A stretch of 60,496 nucleotides of DNA, filler included, from Candidatus Woesearchaeota archaeon (lineage in GTDB: Archaea > Nanobdellota > Nanobdellia > Woesearchaeales > CAZJJJ01), in NCBI GenBank assembly GCA_046538795.1. It is 5 parts of 5 records of this genome, joined end to end, with 100 filler letters (N's around TTAATTAATTAA, not from the genome) between each part and the next. Parts side by side here need not be neighbours in the genome. Positions count along the whole stretch, not along the records: positions 1 to 12,537 come from JBKHIF010000041.1; 4 more parts are not named here. The stretch is one strand, 5' to 3'. Positions 1 to 7,903 of the stretch are shown here, one piece after another. How positions within the stretch are numbered: position 1 is the stretch's first letter; every line of letters begins with the position of its first letter. The notes beneath the pieces were generated by a model. It saw only the letters and a program-made list of their open reading frames with translations, had not been told where the DNA came from and searched no databases. The position numbers and the translations under genes are program-made.

Positions 1-3
1 GGC

Positions 4-966
4 ATGATTTTCATAGTAGTTAATCTTGTTGTATCTCTTATAAATATGTTCAGGCTTCCTGATGCTCAATCCGGAGTTGCGCCTGTTCTTCCTATACCTG
101 TTGAAGGAGCTGTGTATGTTCCTTTCTTCTACTGGATATTATGCATATTCATAATCGCAATAGTTCATGAGATGTCACATGGCATTGTTGCAAGGCATTA
201 TGGCATACGGATTAAATCATCAGGATTTGCTTTTCTTAATGTAATACTCCCTATTGTACCTGCTGCGTTTGTAGAACCTGATGAAAACCAGCTAGAAAAA
301 AAGAAACTGCACAAGCAGCTTGGAGTTTTTGCAGCAGGGCCATTCTCAAATATAATTCTGGGATTTATTGCATTAGCCATATTGGCACTTGTAATAAATC
401 CATTAGCTCTTCAAGCAGTAGATCAAAAAGGCATATTGATAACAAATGTCATAAACGGAACACCTGCATATGAGGCAGGATTGATTGAGAATGATCTAAT
501 AAACATGAGCGATGATGTAAAGATAAATACAATACAGGATTTTACATCTTATATAGATACAAAAGATCCAGGAGACGAGATAACGTTATACTCCAATCGC
601 ACAAGTTATACTGTTACTCTTGGAGAACGTCCTGATTCATCTGAAGAAGCATATATGGGTATCAATTTTGCACAAAAAAATGAGATTAAACAGTCATTCA
701 TAGATAAGTATGGAGAATTTGCTCCAAAATTAATGTACTGGATTTATGATTTTTTCTACTGGCTTTTCCTTCTTAACTTAGGAATTGGTTTATTCAATCT
801 TGTGCCTTTAGGTCCTGTTGATGGAGGAAGGATGATAAGAGCAACCCTTTTAAAATATCTTCCTCCGGAAAAGGCATCAAAGATATGGAAATGGATAAGC
901 TACATATTCCTTGCAATAATTCTTTACATGGTCTTCAGTCCTTGGTTAAGAGGCTTAATATTCTAA
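4..966 (+). CDS. Site-2 (M50) membrane metalloprotease with PDZ domain; probably 5'-truncated by the window edge
   Basis: HEMSH zinc motif, AGPFSN, FNLVPLGPVDGG (NxxPxxxxDG), PDZ-like segment, several TM helices. Confidence 0.92.
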   Translation: MIFIVVNLVVSLINMFRLPDAQSGVAPVLPIPVEGAVYVPFFYWILCIFIIAIVHEMSHGIVARHYGIRIKSSGFAFLNVILPIVPAAFVEPDENQLEKKKLHKQLGVFAAGPFSNIILGFIALAILALVINPLALQAVDQKGILITNVINGTPAYEAGLIENDLINMSDDVKINTIQDFTSYIDTKDPGDEITLYSNRTSYTVTLGERPDSSEEAYMGINFAQKNEIKQSFIDKYGEFAPKLMYWIYDFFYWLFLLNLGIGLFNLVPLGPVDGGRMIRATLLKYLPPEKASKIWKWISYIFLAIILYMVFSPWLRGLIF

Positions 967-1040
967 AATTTCAGCAAATAAGACTTTTTTTATTTTATTT
1001 TTACAATAGATTTAAAAGAGAGTATTGAATACTTATCTAT

Positions 1041-3449
1041 ATGGCTGTGGGTACAGTTAAGGATGTTGATTCTGAAAACCAAATTATGATCAAAGATGAA
1101 AGCAGAGCTCTCTATGAGCTGTCTCCTGACAGATTAAGTGCTTTTGTAGATCCGGCCATGTTTCCTTTTGAATCTACAAGGGAAGTGCTTCCTCTTGAAG
1201 ATATTGTTGGAAATGATAGGGCAAAAGAGGCCATGAGGACTGGACTGAACATAGATTCTCCTGGATACAACATATATATTACGCGAAAAGATATACCTGA
1301 TGATGTACTTAAGAAATTCATACGAGAAAATCTTCCTGAAAATAAAACATTGCCTAAAGATCATGTGTATGTTCACAATTTTGATGAACCTGATCGTCCT
1401 ATTTTATTAGACCTTGAAAGAGGACAAGGCAGGTTTTTTAGGCAAAGGGTGAGGGAAACACTCAAAGTCATAAGAGACAAGGCACATCAGAAATTAGATC
1501 ATTATAATTTTTCAAGAAGAAGTAAATATGATCGGCTGGAAAAAGAATCCCTTGATCCCCTGGAAAAAAGAATAACACAATTAAATGAATATCTTAACTC
1601 AAAAAATGGAACAAATTTAAGTGCTGGTGCTTCTGAAAGACGTTCTAAGGTGCTTTCTATCCTTCCTTCGCTAAAGAATAACTATCTCAAGAAGAAAATG
1701 TCGATGGAAAGAGATAAAAAAAATGATGACAGACAATTTGAACAATCAGTGATTGATGAAATAATGCGTCCTGAGATGGAAAATCTTTCTTCAGAATTTG
1801 TATCGCAAGATGCAAAAATATACCTGGATAATCTTTGCCATGACATTTGCAAAAATTACCATATTTTCTTATCTAAATCTGTAGATCTGTTTGATGAGGA
1901 TGGCACAATAGAGGTGAAAAAATATGATATAAATCTTTTTGTAGATAATTCTGATACAGATGAAGTGCCAATCATATTTGAAAAAGATCCTGATTTCAAG
2001 AACCTGTTCGGACAGATCAATGTGTACATTGATAAGATGAACAGACCAAGATCAGATCATACAGATATAAACGCAGGTTCTCTTCACAGATCAAAGGGAG
2101 GTGTAATCGTTCTTGATATGGAATCTGTCTTGTCTGAAAGAGGCGTACTTAGAGAACTTTTGTCATCTTTAAGATCAGGGAGATTATCTGTAGGAAATCC
2201 TTATACAATATTCAGTTCTCCAATTGATCCGTATGGATCCTGTGCAGACATGAAAGTCATACTCAAAGGAGATGTAAGAATATATCATGCACTTCTGGAT
2301 TCATCTTCTGGTTTCAGGGATAATTTCAGGATAAAGGCTGATTTTGATGAAAAAGTTTTCGTATCTAAAGAAAGTGCAGATGATTTTTCAGGACTTGTTT
2401 CAAAGATTGTTTCTGGTGAAAATATAAGACATTTTGACAGGTCAGCAGTCTTGGCCCTGTTTGGTTACCAGATAAGGAAATCCGGAAACCAAAAAGAAGT
2501 AAGCCTTGAGATTTCCGGATTAAGAGAGATTGCTCTTGAGGCAGATTATGTTTCACGGATGGCTGAATCTGAAAGACAGGATGATATATCTTTGCTTGTT
2601 ACAGACTGTGATGTGAAACAGGCGATTGAAAGAAAAAGAGAAAGATCTGCAAAGATTGATGATTACATACGAAAACTCATTAAAGAGAACAAAATCATGA
2701 TCGATACGACAGATTCAAAGATAGGTCAGGTAAACGGCTTGAGTGTGATGTCTGAAGAAGATTATTGTTTTGGAACTCCTATGAAGATAACATCGAGTTC
2801 AGGTGTAGGGAACAATTCAGGCGGGCTGGTGCACATAGAGAGAAAGACAAGAAAAAGCGGAAGCATACACGACAAAGGATTTTGGGAAATCGAAGGATAT
2901 CTTACAAAAAAATATGGTCAGGATAGGAGCCTTCTTCTTAATTCGTTTATAACCTTTGAGCAAAGATATGGATATATAGATGGGGATAGCGCCTCTTCGG
3001 CTGAGCTTTATTCTCTTTTGTCAGATCTTTCAGACGTTCCTGTCAATCAAGGGATTGCAGTCACAGGAAGCGTGAATCAACATGGGGGGATTCAGCCTAT
3101 AGGTGGTGTAAATGAGAAAATAGAAGGCTTCTATCATGTCTGCAAACAAAGTAAAGAAGGTTTAACCGGAAACCAGGGAGTAATGATACCTGTACAGAAT
3201 GTTTCAGAACTTTTGCTTGATGATGAGGTAATTGATGCGGTGATCAAAAAACAATTTCACATATATGCGGTAAGCAAAGTTGATGAAGGCATAGAGGTCC
3301 TTACAGGTGTGCCTGCAGGTGAAATCGATGAGCAGGGAAGCATCAATTATCTGGTTAATGAAAAACTAAAAGCATACAATTCAAGGGCATATAAGATGCC
3401 TGAAAGAAAAGGCTTTTTCTCAGGATTGTTCAAAAAAAACACTGATTAA
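1041..3449 (+). CDS. Lon-like S16 protease (LonC/AAA_32 type)
   Basis: DGDSASSAEL (catalytic Ser), TGSVNQHG, PIGGVNEKIEGF (catalytic Lys); coiled-coil insert; no intact Walker A visible. Confidence 0.88.
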   Translation: MAVGTVKDVDSENQIMIKDESRALYELSPDRLSAFVDPAMFPFESTREVLPLEDIVGNDRAKEAMRTGLNIDSPGYNIYITRKDIPDDVLKKFIRENLPENKTLPKDHVYVHNFDEPDRPILLDLERGQGRFFRQRVRETLKVIRDKAHQKLDHYNFSRRSKYDRLEKESLDPLEKRITQLNEYLNSKNGTNLSAGASERRSKVLSILPSLKNNYLKKKMSMERDKKNDDRQFEQSVIDEIMRPEMENLSSEFVSQDAKIYLDNLCHDICKNYHIFLSKSVDLFDEDGTIEVKKYDINLFVDNSDTDEVPIIFEKDPDFKNLFGQINVYIDKMNRPRSDHTDINAGSLHRSKGGVIVLDMESVLSERGVLRELLSSLRSGRLSVGNPYTIFSSPIDPYGSCADMKVILKGDVRIYHALLDSSSGFRDNFRIKADFDEKVFVSKESADDFSGLVSKIVSGENIRHFDRSAVLALFGYQIRKSGNQKEVSLEISGLREIALEADYVSRMAESERQDDISLLVTDCDVKQAIERKRERSAKIDDYIRKLIKENKIMIDTTDSKIGQVNGLSVMSEEDYCFGTPMKITSSSGVGNNSGGLVHIERKTRKSGSIHDKGFWEIEGYLTKKYGQDRSLLLNSFITFEQRYGYIDGDSASSAELYSLLSDLSDVPVNQGIAVTGSVNQHGGIQPIGGVNEKIEGFYHVCKQSKEGLTGNQGVMIPVQNVSELLLDDEVIDAVIKKQFHIYAVSKVDEGIEVLTGVPAGEIDEQGSINYLVNEKLKAYNSRAYKMPERKGFFSGLFKKNTD

Positions 3450-3813
3450 ACGCAATACTCTTTCAAATAGATAAGGACAAAACAAATCTTACATAAAAAT
3501 AGCCCTTTTCAATTTAATGCCTTAGGGCATAAATACCCAAGAGGCACAAGTGGCTGAAAAATTATATGGTTTGCCTTTGTCTGCTATTAAAAACCGAAAG
3601 ATTTAAGAAATAGTTATCGATTCAAAATAGTCATAAGAGAAATATTTATAAAAGGCAACAAAACTCCTGACTCAAAGATGGCACGATAATCTTTCTTTAC
3701 GGCAAAAATCAAAAAGACCTAGTCAAACTGCTGTAGAGTCCGATAGCACTTTAATCCTGCCATATGATAACAACAATTGTTAAACACAACATATAAAACA
3801 TGTTCACTATAAT

Positions 3814-3888
3814 GCCTTGGTGGTGTAGTCTGGCCTATCATGAAGCCCTGTCGAGGCTTCGACTCGGGTTCAAATCCCGGCCAGGGCG
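3814..3888 (+). tRNA. tRNA-Asp (GTC), no intron
   Basis: Acceptor GCCTTGG/CCAGGGC, anticodon arm AAGCC-CTGTCGA-GGCTT, T-loop TTCAAAT, discriminator G. Confidence 0.97.
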
Positions 3889-3933
3889 TTTACTTAGTGC
3901 CTTAATGGCTTTGAATGAAAGATCAATTGAATT

Positions 3934-4026
3934 TGAACCCGAGACTCGGGTTCATGCTTGAAATTTTTTCAAATTTCAGCACCAACGTTGGCGCTTATGG
4001 AATCCTGACAAGAGCGTTTACTTAAT
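3934..4026 (+). repeat. Degenerate duplicate of the tRNA-Asp 3' end with a hairpin insertion in the T-loop
   Basis: GACTCGGGTTCA + 46-nt insert + AATCCTGACAAGAGCGTTTACTTAAT, versus AATCCCGGCCAGGGCGTTTACTTAGT in the tRNA (21/26 identical). Confidence 0.75.
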
Positions 4027-4057
4027 ATTCACAGATTACATATATGATATTTATCAA

Positions 4058-4212
4058 GAGCCGGTAGCTCAGCCTGGCTAGAGCACTTGACTTTTAATGG
4101 GTGTGCGAAATTTTCGTACTATCCTGAAGCAATCAAGTGGCCGCGGGTTCAAAATGATTTATGGGTCGTTCGTATAAACCCTTGGATTATGAAAGTCCCG
4201 TCCGGCTCGCCA
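4058..4212 (+). tRNA. tRNA-Lys (TTT) with two BHB introns: 4097-4131 (37/38) and 4154-4195 (59/60); CCA encoded
   Basis: Acceptor GAGCCGG/CCGGCTC. Removing both inserts restores anticodon loop CTTTTAA and T-loop TTCAAAT. BHB central helices are CTTT/GAAG and TTCA/TGAA with 3-nt bulges. Confidence 0.93.
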
Positions 4213-4240
4213 TTTTCATTAAATTAAGTGGGTTGGTATA

Positions 4241-4504
4241 ATGGTGAAAAAAAGTCCCAAGACAAAGACCTCAACAGAGGAACTGAAACATTCTATAATA
4301 CCTAAGCATGAGATAGCTAAAGGTCCTGAAATAAAGGCTGTCTTTGAGAAATATAACATAACTGTGAATGAACTGCCAAAGATACTTATTTCTGATCCGG
4401 GAATAAGACATCTGGGTGCAAAGCCAGGAGATATCATAAAGATAACAAGAATTTCTCCTACTTCAGGCAAGAGTATATATTATAGAGGTGTGGTAAGTGA
4501 TTAA
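4241..4504 (+). CDS. rpoH: RNA polymerase subunit H (Rpo5)
   Basis: HSIIPKHEI...LPKILISDP...GDIIKITRISPTSG..YYRGVV; first gene of the RNAP operon. Confidence 0.97.
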   Translation: MVKKSPKTKTSTEELKHSIIPKHEIAKGPEIKAVFEKYNITVNELPKILISDPGIRHLGAKPGDIIKITRISPTSGKSIYYRGVVSD

Positions 4505-5993
4505 GAAGAACTATAAGGCTGTAATGGATTCGTATTTTAGCAATTATTCATTTGTCCAGTCTAACATAGAATCATTCAATAACTTCATTGAAAAAGAGCT
4601 CCAGAATATAATTGATGACAACAAAGAGATTGAGCCTACAATAATACCTCATAATATAGATGAGTTCAAGATAAGGCTGGACAAGATATGGATTAAAAAG
4701 CCAGAGCTTATAGAAGCAGACGGTGCCAGAAGAGATATATATCCTGTAGAAGCACGACTGAGAAAGATATCGTATGCAGCTCCTATATATATGGAAGTAT
4801 CTGCGCACATAGATGGTATACAAAGAGAATCTTTTACAGCTCAGATAGGAAGTATGCCTATTATGATAAAATCAAACTTCTGCCACTTAAACAAGCTTTC
4901 AAAAGACGAACTTATTTCAAAAGGCGAAGATCCAGATGATCCTGGCGGATATTTTATAATAAACGGAACTGAAAAAGTTCTTGTGACTGTAGAAGATCTT
5001 GCACCAAATACACTTCTTGTTGAAGAGGCATCGACAGGTGTTTCACAATTTGTAGGAAAATTATTTTCTGAACATGGAAGCTACAAGATACCTCACACAA
5101 TTGAGAAGATGAAAGATGGTATTTTTTATCTCACTTTCACAAGAGTCAAGAGAATACCTATTGTAGTTATGCTTAAAGCTCTTGGAATGACGAAAGATGA
5201 AGATATTATGAAATTCATAGATGTGCCATCAGACATGCAGGATGAGATTTTCATAAATCTATTTGAATTCGTGAACACCAAGACTCCTGATGATGCTCTT
5301 GATACTGTCGCGAAAAAGATAGGCATAACACAATCAAAAGAGATAAGGATTGAGAGGATGTCTGAAATACTTGACAAATATCTTCTTCCGCATCTTGGAA
5401 CTTCTTTGGAAGACAGGAAGTTCAAAGCATACAATTTGTGCAAGCTTCTTAAGAAATTCATTCTTGTTTCTAAAGGAAAACTTGCAACAGATGATAAGGA
5501 CCATTTCAAAAACAAAAGACTTAAACAAGCAGGGGATCTTCTTGCTGATCTTTTTAGAGTAAATCTTAATGTCCTTATAGGAGATATGCTCTATAATTTT
5601 CAAAGGATCGTAAAGAGAGGAAAGTTCCCTTCAATAAAAGTCGTAATAAGGGATAAGCTGCTTACATCAAGGTTGTACAGTTCAATGGCAACAGGAAACT
5701 GGGTGGGAGACAGAAAAGGTATCTCGCAGAGGATACAAAGGCTTAATTTTCTTGACACAATGTCTCATCTCCAGAGAGTCGTAAGTCCGCTTTCGTCCTC
5801 ACAGGAAAATTTCGAGGCAAGAAGTCTTCATGCAACACACTTGGGACGATTGTGCCCTGTTGAGACTCCTGAAGGTACTAATATAGGACTTAGAAAAAAC
5901 CTTTCACTCCTTACAAAGGTTTCAGAGATGGAAGATGAAGAAGAAATCGTAAAGAGCCTGAAAAATATTGGGCTTAAGCCAGTCAAAAGCTAA
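4497..5993 (+). CDS. rpoB2: RNA polymerase subunit B'' (Rpo2N)
   Basis: DPGGYFIINGTEKV, GRLCPVETPEGTNIGLRKNL. Confidence 0.97.
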   Translation: MIKKNYKAVMDSYFSNYSFVQSNIESFNNFIEKELQNIIDDNKEIEPTIIPHNIDEFKIRLDKIWIKKPELIEADGARRDIYPVEARLRKISYAAPIYMEVSAHIDGIQRESFTAQIGSMPIMIKSNFCHLNKLSKDELISKGEDPDDPGGYFIINGTEKVLVTVEDLAPNTLLVEEASTGVSQFVGKLFSEHGSYKIPHTIEKMKDGIFYLTFTRVKRIPIVVMLKALGMTKDEDIMKFIDVPSDMQDEIFINLFEFVNTKTPDDALDTVAKKIGITQSKEIRIERMSEILDKYLLPHLGTSLEDRKFKAYNLCKLLKKFILVSKGKLATDDKDHFKNKRLKQAGDLLADLFRVNLNVLIGDMLYNFQRIVKRGKFPSIKVVIRDKLLTSRLYSSMATGNWVGDRKGISQRIQRLNFLDTMSHLQRVVSPLSSSQENFEARSLHATHLGRLCPVETPEGTNIGLRKNLSLLTKVSEMEDEEEIVKSLKNIGLKPVKS

Positions 5994-6010
5994 CTTTGGT
6001 GATATTTAAA

Positions 6011-7813
6011 ATGTCAGACGTATATATAAACGGAAAATTCATTGGAACTGTAAAAGATGCGAAAGAATTCACAAATCAGCTCCTAACAGAAAGAAGAAAA
6101 GGAACATTATCAAAGAATATAAATTTTTTCAGGGATGATGAGCTTGATGAGATTCACATAGAAAGTTCAAAAGGAAGAGCAAGAAGACCATTGATCGTAG
6201 TGAAAGATGGTGTTCCAACACTTACTCCTGATCATGTGAAGCAGATTAAGAAAGGAGAGCTTAGCTGGGATGATCTTGTTAACAAAGGTATCATTGAATA
6301 TCTTGATGCTTTGGAAGAAGAGAATGCTCTTGTTGCATTCAGGGAAGGCGATCTTACGCCGAATCACACCCATCTGCAGATATCTCCAATGGACATGGTG
6401 GGTCTATGTACCGGCCTTGTTCCTTACGGTCACCATAACCAGCTTACAAAACTTAATGCAGGTTCCAAGAACCAGAAGCAGGGAATAGGATTCTATGCTG
6501 CAAATTTTGCAGTCAGGATGGATATGGATGTGAACCTTCTTCATACACCTCAGCTTCCTATTGTAAGGACTGCTGTTAATGATATTTCAGATTATGACAA
6601 GCATCCTTCCGGTCAGAATATAGTTGTTGCAATAATGAGTTATGAAGGATATAACATGGAAGATTCAATCATTATAAATAAAGGTTCTATAGAACGCGGT
6701 CTTGGTAGATCAAGCTATTTTAGACCTTGTGTCGCTGAAGAACTTAGGTACACAGGAGGTCTTGTAGATGAGATTTCAGTTCCTGATAAAGATGTCAAGG
6801 GTTACAGGTCTGAAATAGACTACAGGTATCTTGAAGGTGACGGCATAGTGTATGCAGAATCTCCTGTGAAAGAAGGGGATGTTGTGATCGGAAAGACTTC
6901 TCCTCCAAGATTCCTTAGCGGTGCTGATGAGTATAATCTTGCATCTAATATTAGGCGTGAATCATCTGTTGCGATGAAGCACGGGGAAAGCGGTGTTGTT
7001 GATTTTGTTCTTATGACTGAAAATGAAGAAGGAAACAAGCTTGTTCAGGTGCGCCTTAGGGATCAGAGAATACCTGAGATAGGAGATAAGTTTACTTCAA
7101 GGCATGGACAGAAAGGAGTTATAGGTCTTATAGTTAATCAGACAGATGTTCCTTATACTGCAAATGGTATAATACCTGATCTTATATTTTCACCGCACTC
7201 AGTCCCTTCAAGAATGACTATGTCACACTTAATTGAACTTGTAGGTGGAAAGGTGGGTTCTCTTTCAGGAAGGTTCATTGATGGAACACTTTTTGATTCA
7301 GAAAATGAGACTGACTTGAGAAAAGAGCTTTTAGGCATGGGATTCAGAGAAAACGGAACCGAAACTATGTATAATGGTATCACAGGTGAAAGATACACTG
7401 CAAGAATATATGTTGGGAACCAGTATTATCTGAAGCTTAAGCACATGGTTGCAAACAAGATCCATTCAAGAGCAAGAGGTCCTATACAGCTCCTTACAAG
7501 ACAGCCTACAGAAGGTCGTGCAAAAGAAGGCGGACTTAGGCTTGGAGAGATGGAAAAGGATACTTTTGTTGCTCACGGTGCATCACTTCTTCTCAAGGAG
7601 AGGTTTGATGCAGACAGGACTATAGTTCCTGTGAGCGAGAAGAGCGGACTTATCGCTGTAGATGATGCATATAATAGGAAGCTTTTTGATCCTGTTTATG
7701 GTGATGATGCAGACATAAATAAGATTGAGATGAGCTATGCTTTCAAGCTGTTCCTTGACGAGATCAAATCACTGGGAATATATCCAAAGCTTAAGCTTAA
7801 GAATAAGTATTAA
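6011..7813 (+). CDS. rpoB1: RNA polymerase subunit B' (Rpo2C)
   Basis: GYNMEDS, GDKFTSRHGQKG, PSRMT, GGLRLGEMEKD; start placed at the ATG after a GGTGA RBS. Confidence 0.97.
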   Translation: MSDVYINGKFIGTVKDAKEFTNQLLTERRKGTLSKNINFFRDDELDEIHIESSKGRARRPLIVVKDGVPTLTPDHVKQIKKGELSWDDLVNKGIIEYLDALEEENALVAFREGDLTPNHTHLQISPMDMVGLCTGLVPYGHHNQLTKLNAGSKNQKQGIGFYAANFAVRMDMDVNLLHTPQLPIVRTAVNDISDYDKHPSGQNIVVAIMSYEGYNMEDSIIINKGSIERGLGRSSYFRPCVAEELRYTGGLVDEISVPDKDVKGYRSEIDYRYLEGDGIVYAESPVKEGDVVIGKTSPPRFLSGADEYNLASNIRRESSVAMKHGESGVVDFVLMTENEEGNKLVQVRLRDQRIPEIGDKFTSRHGQKGVIGLIVNQTDVPYTANGIIPDLIFSPHSVPSRMTMSHLIELVGGKVGSLSGRFIDGTLFDSENETDLRKELLGMGFRENGTETMYNGITGERYTARIYVGNQYYLKLKHMVANKIHSRARGPIQLLTRQPTEGRAKEGGLRLGEMEKDTFVAHGASLLLKERFDADRTIVPVSEKSGLIAVDDAYNRKLFDPVYGDDADINKIEMSYAFKLFLDEIKSLGIYPKLKLKNKY

Positions 7814-7903
7814 ATGAAACTTAAGACCAATAATCCGGTCTTTTATTATCTTTTTTATTAAATAAATATTTTAGGTTGCAAAAAATAAGATCAAAGGTGC
7901 ATA

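Noticed and set aside
1019..3475. Short inverted matches flanking the Lon gene (AGAGTATTG/CAATACTCT, CTTATCTAT/ATAGATAAG)
   Set aside because: The two 9-mers are not in the order required for a terminal inverted repeat; probably chance in AT-rich DNA.
3450..3813. 360-bp gap before tRNA-Asp as a possible ncRNA
   Set aside because: No recognisable SRP or RNase P motif and no convincing ORF; only short hairpins.
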